Shown: positions 9,339 through 19,143 of the stretch, piece after piece
Position numbering within the stretch: position 1 is the first letter of the stretch
How the letters are laid out: each line of letters opens with the position of its first letter
Assembly (NCBI GenBank): GCA_016190055.1
Contig: JACPRH010000057.1
Coordinates: 2,434 to 66,433, forward strand
DNA from: Nitrososphaerota archaeon
GTDB lineage: Archaea > Thermoproteota > Nitrososphaeria > Nitrososphaerales > JACPRH01
Length of the DNA stretch: 64,000 nucleotides
Reading direction: 5' to 3'
The notes under the pieces: model-generated
What the model saw: only the letters and a program-made list of their open reading frames with translations
The model's database searches: none
Told to the model about the DNA's origin: nothing
Position numbers and translations under genes: made by a program

Positions 9339-10661
9339 TTACGCGTAGGTTAGCCAGAGTATTAGGACGGTTACGTTGACGAGTGTGACCATCGAGCCTA
9401 TCTTGAGGTATTCGTAGAAGCTGAAGGTGTGGCCCTTCTCCTCAGCAGCTTCTAGAATGATTATTGTGCTAGCTGCACCTAGTATAGTGAGGTTTCCGGC
9501 TAGTGTTGAACCGCCTGCTAAAGCCAGCCATGCCTTCGTGTCGAGTAGACCGAATCCGAGGCTTTTCATCAGATTAACGTAGACGGCGACGAAGGGAACG
9601 TTGCTCATAAGCTGACTCATAAGCACACTTACGCCTACGATGTTCATAATATTCGCGGGTGAATCGCCGTGGTTTAGCGGCGGCATGTAGGAGGCGAACA
9701 GGTTGATCAGCCCTGCGTCCCAGACAGCCTGCATGACAATGAACATTGAGATGAAGAAGAGTATGATGCTCCAGTTTACTCCACGGATAATCTCTCTCCG
9801 CCTAGGGCTTGCTGTGTAAAGTACAGCTGATCCGAGTAGCGCAATAGAGCCGAAGTTCAGATCAGTATTGACCCCGAAGACCTTGACTATGCTTAACGCG
9901 AAGAAACCGGCGATCGTCAAAGCAGCTACGAGGCCAGTCGTCTTGGCCAGCCGTAGATCCGTGATAGCTTCGTCCAGCTTCAAGTCACGCGGAGGATCAG
10001 CCGCTGATAAATCGCGCTTATAGTAGAGTTTCAGCAGATAGTAGGTCAAAACAAAGTTAATCAGAGTAGGAGGTCCCAGTAACCGGAGAAACTCCAAGAC
10101 CGGGGAGTTCATCCCGCTGTCAAGAGCTACAAGAAGGTTCTGCGGGTTCCCCATCGGGGTCATAACGCTCCCAATGCTCACAGCAAAGGCGAGGGAGATA
10201 AGCAGAGGAGTAGGGCGAATCCTCATTTCATGCGCGACTCCGATGACAATCGGCGTAGCAACTACAGCCACGGTGTCATTCATCAGGAAGGCGGAGATTG
10301 TTCCGAGAGCTACGAGAATGAATAGCATAACCCTCTCAGGAGTGCCTGCTAAGCGGAGCAGTCGGATAGTGATGTAGCGAAGAAGCCCTGAAGCCTCCAT
10401 CCCAGACACTATCGAGAACATCCCGATTAGGAAGAAGACAACGTCAAGGTTGATGGCCGCGTAAGCTGTCTTGAGAGAAATACCGTTGAGAAAGAGCATA
10501 GCGACCGCACCTGCGAACATAACGGTCCAAACAGGCAGGTTGACCCGCCCCAGATTTCTGAGGACGATAAGCGCATACACAGCTAAGAAGACTATGAAAG
10601 CAGGGTGAAGCACCATAGAGAAAAGATCTGGGTTGCCAGAAACCTGAAGCATGGCATGCAC
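9339..10661 (-). CDS. ArsB/NhaD (SLC13-like) family anion permease
   Basis: 440 aa polytopic membrane protein with the two-repeat architecture and the GNPQNLLVA / GNLTILGAASTII motifs typical of the ArsB/NhaD/CitMHS superfamily. Confidence 0.7.
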   Translation of the reverse strand: MHAMLQVSGNPDLFSMVLHPAFIVFLAVYALIVLRNLGRVNLPVWTVMFAGAVAMLFLNGISLKTAYAAINLDVVFFLIGMFSIVSGMEASGLLRYITIRLLRLAGTPERVMLFILVALGTISAFLMNDTVAVVATPIVIGVAHEMRIRPTPLLISLAFAVSIGSVMTPMGNPQNLLVALDSGMNSPVLEFLRLLGPPTLINFVLTYYLLKLYYKRDLSAADPPRDLKLDEAITDLRLAKTTGLVAALTIAGFFALSIVKVFGVNTDLNFGSIALLGSAVLYTASPRRREIIRGVNWSIILFFISMFIVMQAVWDAGLINLFASYMPPLNHGDSPANIMNIVGVSVLMSQLMSNVPFVAVYVNLMKSLGFGLLDTKAWLALAGGSTLAGNLTILGAASTIIILEAAEEKGHTFSFYEYLKIGSMVTLVNVTVLILWLTYA

Positions 10662-11029
10662 CGCTCCGCGCCTCTGCTGTTAACCGTCCACCTTAAATTA
10701 CTAAATGCTGAGCGAGACAAAGACCTTCTGAGAGGCTAAAAGCCTTCGTGACTAAGTGTATGTTGCTTGAAAAGATGGTCACGTCTGAGAAATCGTTGCT
10801 GGAGAGATGCATTTGATGTAACAATTATGGGTATAAATAGTTAGGTAGATATAGCAGAGAATACCATTAGAATCTGGGTCATAATGTCAATCATATTCGA
10901 TGAGGGTTATTCTAGGCATCAGTTTCGTGAGCAAGGTGGTTTTTGGGTGCGAGTTCTGGAGGGGTATCGGTGTCCGTCTAAATTGCGGTTGTTATCGGGG
11001 ATAATAGGTTAGTTAGGTGGGTGAAGTAG

Positions 11030-11344
11030 ATGGAGAAGTCGGTTTCAGATTTTGAGAGTGTGCAGAAGTGGAAGGAGCATTTGGCCCCCCGGGTGTCGCA
11101 CATGGCGGTGGAGAATTATCTCTGGGCGCTCGGGGTTTTTTGTAATTGGGCGAAGAAGAATCCTGATGAGCTGATCCTAGAAATGGTGAAGTCGGCTAGT
11201 TCAGAGGACTTTAAGACATCTAGTTCCAGCAGAATTATGGCGTACCAGCTGCAGGATAGATCTACAACGAAGCGAAGCAAGGCGCTTATTGTTAAGGCCT
11301 TGGCCTCCTTCTATGAGAACAATCGCGTCACCATTGGTGATTGA
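11030..11344 (+). pseudogene. tyrosine-recombinase N-terminal (SAM-like) domain fragment; catalytic domain missing
   Basis: 104 aa. VSHMAVENYLWALGVFCNWAKKNPDELI ... TKRSKALIVKALASFYENN looks like an integrase core-binding domain. After the stop, another frame reads TKVPVRRKKQVVR and then hits several stops, so no catalytic domain survives. Confidence 0.3.
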
Positions 11345-12273
11345 CGAAGGTTCCGGTTAGACGTAAAAAGCAGGTAGTCAGGTAGAAGTAGTAGCTTAGA
11401 TGCCTATCTGGATCTTGCCGTGATAATAATTCTTTGTATACCTGTGATTTTTTTCTCAGGGAAGAGTTTATGCGGTCTTTGATTTGGTCTAGTTGAGCTA
11501 TGGTAGTGGAGCTGTCTACCCATAGGTGGATCTCGGTGTGTACATAGGGTCCCGCGGCTCTTAGAAGAATGTGGTTAACTGTGACCCCATTCGCCTCAAC
11601 TATTTTTTGGATGTCCTCTGCGAGCTCAGGGTTTTGATATGCGTTAAGAAGCGCTAGAGATGTTTGCTTTAGCACTACGTAGGAGACTGTTATGATGAAG
11701 ATTCCTACCGCGATGCCTCCGATGGCGTCCATGTAGTGAAATCCAAGTGAGGATAAGAGTACGGTGAAGAATACGAGGAATGAGGCTGAACCGTCTTTAA
11801 TGGCGTTGTTGGCGTCGAGTCTAAGCGAGGATAGGTTGTATTTGTGAGCCAGTCGCCTCATCTGCAATGCTCTGTAAAGAGAGATTACGCCAGCCAGCAG
11901 CAGGATAACTAACGCTAAGGCAGGTAGCTCAACGGGTTTAGGCGCAAGAAGAGAAAGATATGATCGGTAGATTATAGCGCCTGCGATTAATATCAGCATT
12001 ATCGCTGATACGAACGCTGTCATGCTTTTTACCTTGTAGTAGCCGAAGTTGAATCGTTCGTCAGGTGCCTTCCTTGATATCTTGAGCCCTAGCCAAACCA
12101 GAAGCGAGACTACAGCGTCTGACATAGTCAATGCCGTCTGCGGTGAGACCGATGCTGCGGGTGAAGTTGCCAGCAACTATCTCGACCACCCCTAGTCCAG
12201 CGAGTGTCAGCGAAGATGCTTTGGCTAGTCGCTCACCTTGAATATAGCCTTTCAGTATCTCTGACAAACGCAT
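11328..12273 (-). pseudogene. cation diffusion facilitator (CDF) transporter interrupted by a frameshift at ~12126
   Basis: ORF 12061..12273 ends ...SIGLTADGID. ORF 11328..12176 continues MSDAVVSLLVWLGLKISRKAPDE... in the next frame. Codon GAC is at 12127-12129 and ATG at 12123-12125, with one orphan nucleotide (12126) between them. Joined, they give a normal CDF TM2 DxxxD site plus a C-terminal cytoplasmic domain. Confidence 0.7.
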
Positions 12274-12302
12274 ATTGAAGCCGCTATTAGGTAATTATCG
12301 TT

Positions 12303-12864
12303 TTAGCAGTATGGACGGCGAGTCCTTGCGCAAGGGATAAGCGGGTTCTCCTGCTGGCGGCATGCTTCATCGTTTATTTCTTTGAACTCCTCTATTCTTG
12401 CGCTAGCTGCGCCTCTTATTGGAAAGTGCATAACGTATACTTTTGTGCCGTTTATCAGTTCGTGCCAGCCGGTGTCTACTTTGCTTTGTCCGGTGAACTT
12501 AGTAGGTTACTTTGCCGATGAAGCATACGACGTTGGGCCGGTAAATTCGTATGGCTTCAAGCACTTTAGCTACGCCTATTTTCTCCTCGCCTTTCTTGAG
12601 GTTCTTGACTTCTCTCGTTGGCCTGTTAACAAGGTTGACGAAGTTTAGATTGTAGGTTTGCTTGAACCGTTTCTCATACATTTGCTTCAGCAGCTCGTCG
12701 CTTCTCAAATCACTTGCCTTCTCGTTTATCAAACCGGCTCGGTTCATGAGGTACCAGAAGGCCTTGTTGTCCGAGAACGGTACACCTCTGCTGTAGGAGC
12801 CGGGGTGAGGGTTTATCCCAACAAACAGTATCTTCGCGTTTCTCGACAGCTTATACCTAATCAT
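12303..12864 (-). pseudogene. uracil-DNA glycosylase superfamily protein (MUG/TDG-like GINP motif) interrupted by a frameshift at ~12500
   Basis: ORF 12499..12864 carries ILFVGINPHPGSYSRGVPFSDNKAFWYLM and stops after FIGKVTY. The +1 frame continues KFTGQSKVDTGWHELINGTKVYVMHFPIRGAAS...EFKEINDEA to a TAA at 12303-12305. This is the expected C-terminal half of the fold, ending 30 nt before the next gene. Confidence 0.6.
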
Positions 12865-13115
12865 GCGAGGCGAGACAGTTAATGATATGTGCGGGCAGTC
12901 CTTTAAACCTGATTAATCGTTCACAGCGGTTAGTTATACCGGTTAGAATAAGTTTGTTAACTGCGCCCGCAAGTGGACAGTTACTTATGTCGGGGTCAAG
13001 TCACTTTGTCCAGAAGCACACCCCTCAGCAACCTTCAAACATAGTTGCGATTTCGCTGACAGCCAGATGTTAACGAACTTCCTCTAACTGGTATAGTTGT
13101 TTATTGGGGAGCTAT

Positions 13116-14885
13116 CTAGAGTTTTTCTAGTATGTTTGTGGCCGACTCTATGCCTTTTCTGATGGTGTCTTCTGAGATTATGCCGTGCGGTGAAGGTGTT
13201 TCGAGTATTCTCTTTGGTATAGTGATGTTTCGGGGGTTGAAGCCTTCTCTGGTCTTGAATTGGTATTTCTCGCGTAGTATTTCGCCGCCGATCCTTGTCA
13301 GGTCGTCTTTGGTTAGTTTGTAGCCTAGTACGCTTAGTGTTTTCAGTACTGTGTCGGTGTCGTATATTCCTCTGGCGAAGAAGCATATTGTGAGGCTTGA
13401 GAGTATCTGTCTCCACTTCTCTTCGTCGATTAGGGCTTTGGCGATGTTTTCTGGGGTGGATTTGCTTGGGTCCTTCAGGTTCTGCTGGTCGACGCTGTAG
13501 CCTGCGCCGTCGAGGTGGCTGTGTCTTGAGCCGATTAGGTGGCCGATGTGTGCTGCTGGGCCTGTGTGGTAGCCGGGCATTTCGTTGCCGCCGAAGCTGA
13601 GAGCGAACTCTGAGCCGCCGTATTTTGATGAGGCGTAGCTGACGCCTCGTGCTAAGGCTTTGTAGAAGTCGTTCGGCTGATCTGTCAGGTACTCTATTGC
13701 TTTGATGTATGTGTTGTAGTCGCCCCATTTGAGCTGGATTTTTGCTCCGTTGTTGGCGTCGTTTGGGATTAGGTGTCGTTCCTGAGCTTCTGTTGCCCAT
13801 GCTAGGGCTACTCCAGTGCTCATTACGTCGAGCCCGTACTTCTCAACTTCGTCGAGGGTTTTGAGGAGCCCTTCCGGTGAAGATATTTTCAGCATTGTGC
13901 CGAATGAGTAGATGAGCTCGTAGTCGTAGCCTACCATCGTGGTCTTGTAGAAGTAGGGTTCGCTGGCGTAGGGTTCCCGGTATGTGGCTAGATGGATGCA
14001 GCTTACAGGGCAGTGCGAGCAGGCTACGCGTCTACCCAGATACTTTTCAGCGATAGCTTCACCGGATATTCTGCCGGCTTCCTCGAAGTGGCTCCGCTTC
14101 AGATTCTCTGTTGGCAATGCTTTCAGTTCGTTCAATGGGCTGATGTTTACGGCTGTGCCTAGGTCGTGATACTTCTTCATAGATGGGGACTCTACGGTTC
14201 TGTCGAAGACCTCTTTGTACAGTTCGCGATAGGTTTTTGGGGTCTCAACCTTTATGCTTCGTCTCCCTGATACTGAGACTGCTTTGAGTTTCTTGCTGCC
14301 GAAGACTGCACCTAATCCCAGTCGCCCGAAGTGCCTGTAGGTTTCCGTGATTACGCAGGCGTAGGAGACCATCTTCTCACCTGCTCCGCCGATGCGCATG
14401 ATGGTTCGAAGCCCAGCTCCATCCTCCTGCTCTCGTATGATTCTGCCTACGGTGAAGCTGCTCTTCAAACCCCATAGTGCGGAAGCGTCTTTGAAAAGCA
14501 CCTTATCGCCGTTAATTACTAGATACACTGGTGTTTCGCTCGTGCCTTTTATGACGATGGCGCCGTAACCGGCCATTCTGATTGCGGTGGCGCTTCGGCC
14601 TCCTGCGTGGCTTTCACCTAGGTTGCCGGTGAGAGGAGACTTGAAGAGAGCAACTGTCTTGGATGCTAGAGGGAATACGCCGGTCAATGGGCCTACTGCG
14701 AACACAATGGGGTTGTCTGGTCCCAGCGGGTTTGCGTTTGGTCGACACTCCTTCTGCAGAAGCTTTATCGCGACACCTGTGCCGCCTATGTATTGTTCAA
14801 AGAGGTCTCTGCGATTCTCTATCCAGAAGCTCCTTTTTGACAAGTCAATGTAGAGTACGTTTCTAAGTGGGTCTTCGTTTATCAA
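13116..14885 (-). CDS. aor: aldehyde:ferredoxin oxidoreductase (tungstopterin AOR family)
   Basis: 589 aa. N-terminal AFOR_N (LYIDLSKRSFWIENR...YIGGTGVAIKLL), GESHAGG, the CSHCPVSC 4Fe-4S cysteines, and a C-terminal AFOR_C. Confidence 0.9.
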   Translation of the reverse strand: MINEDPLRNVLYIDLSKRSFWIENRRDLFEQYIGGTGVAIKLLQKECRPNANPLGPDNPIVFAVGPLTGVFPLASKTVALFKSPLTGNLGESHAGGRSATAIRMAGYGAIVIKGTSETPVYLVINGDKVLFKDASALWGLKSSFTVGRIIREQEDGAGLRTIMRIGGAGEKMVSYACVITETYRHFGRLGLGAVFGSKKLKAVSVSGRRSIKVETPKTYRELYKEVFDRTVESPSMKKYHDLGTAVNISPLNELKALPTENLKRSHFEEAGRISGEAIAEKYLGRRVACSHCPVSCIHLATYREPYASEPYFYKTTMVGYDYELIYSFGTMLKISSPEGLLKTLDEVEKYGLDVMSTGVALAWATEAQERHLIPNDANNGAKIQLKWGDYNTYIKAIEYLTDQPNDFYKALARGVSYASSKYGGSEFALSFGGNEMPGYHTGPAAHIGHLIGSRHSHLDGAGYSVDQQNLKDPSKSTPENIAKALIDEEKWRQILSSLTICFFARGIYDTDTVLKTLSVLGYKLTKDDLTRIGGEILREKYQFKTREGFNPRNITIPKRILETPSPHGIISEDTIRKGIESATNILEKL

Positions 14886-15304
14886 GTTGCGATGCCGCCT
14901 CCTCCTTCTCGTTCTTCAAGTTTCAGTACGCCGTATGGGCAAAAGTCTACGCAGTAGCCGCAGTGGGTGCAGATTGCGGGTTTGTTGATGTCTTCGTCCC
15001 AGAAGATCGCGTTTATTGTGCAGGCGGATTTGCAGTTTCCGCAACCTATGCACTTCTGTGGAATGAGGATGACTCCGCCTCCGGCTCTAGGTTTCAAGGC
15101 TCCTGTTGGACAAACCTTTGCGCAGGGAGGGTCGAGACAGGCTCTGCAGACCGTTACTATGAAGCCGCGCTCGATTCCGCCTGCTGACTTTACGTGTATA
15201 GCTGATCTGGACAGGCCGGCGTCTCCGAATCTCCGGGCGCAGGCGAAAAGACAGCCTTGGCAGCCAACACATAGGTTAACGTCAACCACTGCAAGTCGCT
15301 TCAT
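14882..15304 (-). CDS. 4Fe-4S dicluster ferredoxin-domain protein (AOR-associated electron carrier)
   Basis: 140 aa with four Cys clusters: CVGCQGCLFAC, CRACLDPPCAKVCP, CIGCGNCKSAC and CTHCGYCVDFCP. Overlaps the aor start by 4 nt. Confidence 0.85.
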   Translation of the reverse strand: MKRLAVVDVNLCVGCQGCLFACARRFGDAGLSRSAIHVKSAGGIERGFIVTVCRACLDPPCAKVCPTGALKPRAGGGVILIPQKCIGCGNCKSACTINAIFWDEDINKPAICTHCGYCVDFCPYGVLKLEEREGGGGIAT

Positions 15305-15898
15305 TATATCAGCGCTTCGGTCAATAAAAACCCCGTATTATCAATATAATAAACCTTCTTTATTGTATTAATTACACCTATCGAAAATAATATCCAATAT
15401 TATTTAACGTGTGTCTCGACGTGATTGCTGGACTCCCAGCATACTGCTCTACAGACACAAAAGTTCTCCAATAACCACTAGTTCGAACAAACGAAATGGT
15501 ACTTGGCAATGTCTGCAATGCTTCACAGCTAGGTTACTATATGCTCGTGCGCCGGCACCACTGCTGCCATAGGCCGAGGGGCAGAGGTAATAAAGCGATG
15601 AAATATGCGTAGAAAAGCAGTTGTTATCCTAATGGATCTGCATCGAGTAGAGTACCTTAGGTTGCAAGGTTTGCTGGGGTGCATGATGCAGCCTTGCAAG
15701 ACTACTCCCCAAGCTTATCTTCACGTAAAATGTTGGAATTGCTTGAGCGGCTGTGCCAATCCGCAAAACATGTATCAGATGCTAATTTGCGATTAACAGA
15801 TTAGTGAAGTATTGTGTCGTAAAGTTGCGGTAGAGATATCGAGGGATCATTTAATTTAAATGTGCTGTGCTACATTGATTTGATGACTTGATCCGGCT

Positions 15899-16450
15899 AT
15901 GAGGGCGTTTGTTGCGGTTGATTTGGGCAGCGAGGAGGTTAGCAGAGCTATTCAGGAGGTTCAGCGCGTTTTGGAGCGTTCGGGGGCTGATCTTAAGTCG
16001 GTTGAGCCTGAGAATCTGCATTTTACGCTTCAATTTTTGGGTGAGATTAGTGAGCTTGAGGCAGATATGGTTACAGAGGCACTGAAGGGTTTGGTGGCTT
16101 CGCCGTTCACGGTCTCCTTCAAGGGTGTTGGGTATTTTCCGAGTAGTCAGCGGATTTCTGTGATTTGGGTTGGGGTTGACGAGGGGAAGGAGGAGTTTGT
16201 CAGTCTTGCTGAGAAGGTGTTTGAGAGGCTTCGGCCGCATAATTTTCGGCCTGACAAGAAGTTTGTTCCGCACCTCACTATTTGCAGAGTGAAGACGGGG
16301 AGAAACAAGGATAAGCTACTCGCAGCCGCAGATAAGTATCGAGACACAGCGATCGGGACTGATACGGTTTCGTCTGTCAAGCTCAAGGTGAGTCAGTTGA
16401 CTCCCAGAGGCCCGATTTACAACGACCGATCCTCAAAGACGCTAACTTGA
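15899..16450 (+). CDS. thpR: RNA 2',3'-cyclic phosphodiesterase (2H phosphoesterase, ThpR/LigT)
   Basis: 183 aa with two HxT/Sx motifs: HFTLQFLG and HLTICRV. Confidence 0.85.
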   Translation: MRAFVAVDLGSEEVSRAIQEVQRVLERSGADLKSVEPENLHFTLQFLGEISELEADMVTEALKGLVASPFTVSFKGVGYFPSSQRISVIWVGVDEGKEEFVSLAEKVFERLRPHNFRPDKKFVPHLTICRVKTGRNKDKLLAAADKYRDTAIGTDTVSSVKLKVSQLTPRGPIYNDRSSKTLT

Positions 16451-16556
16451 GAATACATAGAGAAGATAAACAGAGGCTGAATTATTCCGCACCTGCGGAA
16501 CGGCTTTATTAGGGATATTGTACGCCCAGTATTTGGCAGGAGCTGGGCGTCTATTG

Positions 16557-17954
16557 ATGAATAAGTTGGATGAGGTTATCGGGGAGGCGGGGAGGCTGGT
16601 TGAGCCGACGCTCAGCGAAGAGAAGGAGGTTAGACGTGTGGCTGATAATCTTCGGCGCCGCGTTGAGGAGGCTGCCAAGGACGCTGAGGGTGCTGTTTCA
16701 GTTGAACTTGGCGGGTCTTACGCTAAGGGTACTTGGCTGAATGGTTTTGTGGATATTGACATCTTTGTAAAGTTCTCTACGGGCCTTTCTAAGAAGCGGC
16801 TTGAAGAGGTAGGAATAGAGATTGGGCGGAGAGCTTTAGAGGGGCATAGATGGTTTCTCCGCTACTCTGAGCATCCCTATGTTGAAGGAGTTATGGATGG
16901 GATTAAGGTTAACGTTGTAGCCTGCTACAATGTTGCTGAGGGTAGGTGGCAAAGTGCGGCTGACAGGTCACCGTACCACACTAAGCTGATACTTTCCCAC
17001 TTCAACGACGAGATGAGAAGGGAGGTTCGGCTTCTCAAACGGTTTATGCGTGGAACAGGGTTGTATGGAGCAGAGATCAAAACTCAAGGCTTCAGCGGCT
17101 ACGTATGCGAAGTGTTGATTCTGAAGTACGGTTCGTTCCGCGGAGTCCTTGAAGCAGCATCAAAATTCCGGGAAGGCGATATCGTCAGCATTGAAAATGT
17201 TAGCGAAGAGCAGGTTAAGAAGCTATTCCGGACGCCGTTGATAATTCTTGATCCGGTTGATCCTGCTAGAAACCTCGGAGCAGCCATTTCGCTGGAGAAG
17301 GCGGCTTCATTAGTGCTAGCGTCCAGAGCCTTCCTTAACGATCCGCGGATGGTCTTCTTCAAGGGTAGAGATGCAGATGATGTTCATCGTCAGCTTGAGG
17401 GGTCTCCGCTTCTCGGGAATGCTCTCGTAGCGGTTTTTCGGCATGAGCCGCGGATGGTGGATATTCTGTGGGGGCAGTTGAAGCGGAGTGAACATAGGTT
17501 GACTGGGCAGCTTTCTAAGGCTGGGTTTAACGTGTTGAGGAGCGCCTCTGCGAGTGATGAAGGTGGGTCGAGTGGCTTTGTCTTTCTGCTGGAGTCGCTG
17601 GAGCTGCCTAAGGATCAGGTTAAGATTGGCCCTAAGGTTGATATGGGTGAAGATGTAGGGATATTTCTTAAGCGTAACCGGGATCGGGTTAAGCTTCTCT
17701 GGGTCGGGGAGGATTGGCGGGTGTATGGGTCCGGTGAGAGACGGTATTACTGGGCGGCTGAGCTGCTTGAGGCGCTGCTTGCAGGGAAAGTGTCTGGTTC
17801 GGGAGTGGCTCCTGGATTGAAGAAGGAGGCTGAAGCTAGCTCCAAGATACTTTTGGGCGGTGAAGCACTGGAGTACGCTGGAGACCGTCGGTGGCTTCTG
17901 GAGGCGTTGTGGAAGGTTGTCTCAACAGACGAGTACAGTTTCGGTTCCGGTTAA
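16557..17954 (+). CDS. cca: CCA-adding enzyme (class I archaeal tRNA nucleotidyltransferase)
   Basis: ELGGSYAKGTWLNGFVDIDIFV nucleotidyltransferase motif and SPYHTKLI, with typical length. Start set at the ATG of MNKLDEVI. Confidence 0.85.
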   Translation: MNKLDEVIGEAGRLVEPTLSEEKEVRRVADNLRRRVEEAAKDAEGAVSVELGGSYAKGTWLNGFVDIDIFVKFSTGLSKKRLEEVGIEIGRRALEGHRWFLRYSEHPYVEGVMDGIKVNVVACYNVAEGRWQSAADRSPYHTKLILSHFNDEMRREVRLLKRFMRGTGLYGAEIKTQGFSGYVCEVLILKYGSFRGVLEAASKFREGDIVSIENVSEEQVKKLFRTPLIILDPVDPARNLGAAISLEKAASLVLASRAFLNDPRMVFFKGRDADDVHRQLEGSPLLGNALVAVFRHEPRMVDILWGQLKRSEHRLTGQLSKAGFNVLRSASASDEGGSSGFVFLLESLELPKDQVKIGPKVDMGEDVGIFLKRNRDRVKLLWVGEDWRVYGSGERRYYWAAELLEALLAGKVSGSGVAPGLKKEAEASSKILLGGEALEYAGDRRWLLEALWKVVSTDEYSFGSG

Positions 17955-17982
17955 CGAGCTCGCTTCAGAGCCATACATACAG

Positions 17983-18693
17983 GTGCTCTGCTACCCGTCA
18001 CATGATGTGGAGGAGGCTGAACGTAGAGTTCAGGAGCTCAAAGGGCTAGGCGTATCGCGAATAATCTTTGAGGGACGAACAAAGATTGGGAACCTTGGTC
18101 TTCTCGGCAAAGGCTGCGTCGGCCTAGTCGTGAAGGCTGAGACGCTGAATAGAGAGGTCTACGCTTTGAAGATTAGGAGAATGGATGCCAATCGTTCTTC
18201 GATGCTGCGTGAGGCGGATCTGCATTGGATAGCTAACAGTGTTAATGTTGGAGCTAAGCTGTTCAAGGCTTCGGACAATTTTCTGCTGATGGAAGTGGTT
18301 AACGGTGAGAGCATCAACACTTGGATCAGTAAGTTGTGGGGGGTGGGTTCGACCGTTCGGATGCGGGAGGGTGCGAGGGCTGTGTTGGAGCAATGTTTCA
18401 GGCTTGATCAGGCTGGGCTTGACCATGGTGAGCTGAGCAATTTGGAGAAGCATGTGTTCGTCGGTAGACGTATAGTGATTCTTGATTTTGAAACGGCGAG
18501 TAGGGATCGGCGGCCTTCGAATGTAACGTCGGCGCTGCAGAACATCTTGGTTGGTGGGCCACAGTCTAAGAAGGCGCGCAGACTGATTGGTGTATTAGAT
18601 ATGGGGACGATTATTGAAGCGGTGAGACGATATAAGCAGGAGCCGGTTCGGGAACGGTTTGATGAGATGCTTAGAGAACTTAGGCTCTGCTAA
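17983..18693 (+). CDS. small RIO/Bud32-like Ser/Thr protein kinase
   Basis: G-loop LLGKGCVGLVVKA, VYALKIRR lysine, catalytic HGELSNLEKHV and ILDFETAS. The ORF is open from the GTG at 17860, overlapping cca. I chose the in-frame GTG at 17983, after the cca stop; the start is uncertain. Confidence 0.6.
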   Translation: MLCYPSHDVEEAERRVQELKGLGVSRIIFEGRTKIGNLGLLGKGCVGLVVKAETLNREVYALKIRRMDANRSSMLREADLHWIANSVNVGAKLFKASDNFLLMEVVNGESINTWISKLWGVGSTVRMREGARAVLEQCFRLDQAGLDHGELSNLEKHVFVGRRIVILDFETASRDRRPSNVTSALQNILVGGPQSKKARRLIGVLDMGTIIEAVRRYKQEPVRERFDEMLRELRLC

Positions 18694-18785
18694 ATTATAT
18701 ATTTTTTGTTTATCTTTTAGGGTTTATGTGGGAATCCTTAACTAGAACATCGTCGTATTTTATAATTGAGAGATGAGTAGATAGG

Positions 18786-19079
18786 ATGACTGTATATATC
18801 CGACTGATCACCTTTACGGAAAAAGGATCTGAAGGAATCAAGGACTTTCCTAAAGTGCGAAAGGAATTTCTTACGAAGGCAAAGGAACTAGGCATTAAAG
18901 TGCAGGCAACATACATCACGCTGGGTCGATACGACATGGTGACAATCCTTGATGCACCCGATGAGAAGACACTCCTGAAACTCGAAACAACATTCATTGG
19001 TCCGAAAGGACGCACCAGAACCGAAACGTTGACAGCGCTGTCCGCTGAAGAATTCGAAAAGGTAGTAATGCCAGCATAG
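18786..19079 (+). CDS. GYD domain-containing protein
   Basis: 97 aa: YIRLITFTEKGSEGIKDFPKVRKEF..., the signature LGRYDMVTILDAPDEKT, and a C-terminal TLTALSAEEF. Confidence 0.75.
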   Translation: MTVYIRLITFTEKGSEGIKDFPKVRKEFLTKAKELGIKVQATYITLGRYDMVTILDAPDEKTLLKLETTFIGPKGRTRTETLTALSAEEFEKVVMPA

Positions 19080-19143
19080 AGACATTCACTACACCGAGGT
19101 AAAGGTTAAAACGACAGACCCCTAGCGCAAAGGCTGAAGAAGA

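Noticed and set aside
13084-13800. 238-aa Arg/Gln/Pro-rich ORF on the minus strand
   Set aside because: It lies entirely inside the AOR gene in another frame. Its composition is extreme and not protein-like, while the AOR frame has full-length family motifs.
15605-15796. 63-aa ORF in the long intergenic region
   Set aside because: It is Cys/Met/Leu-rich with no motif, no RBS-like sequence and no supporting context. I treated the region as non-coding.
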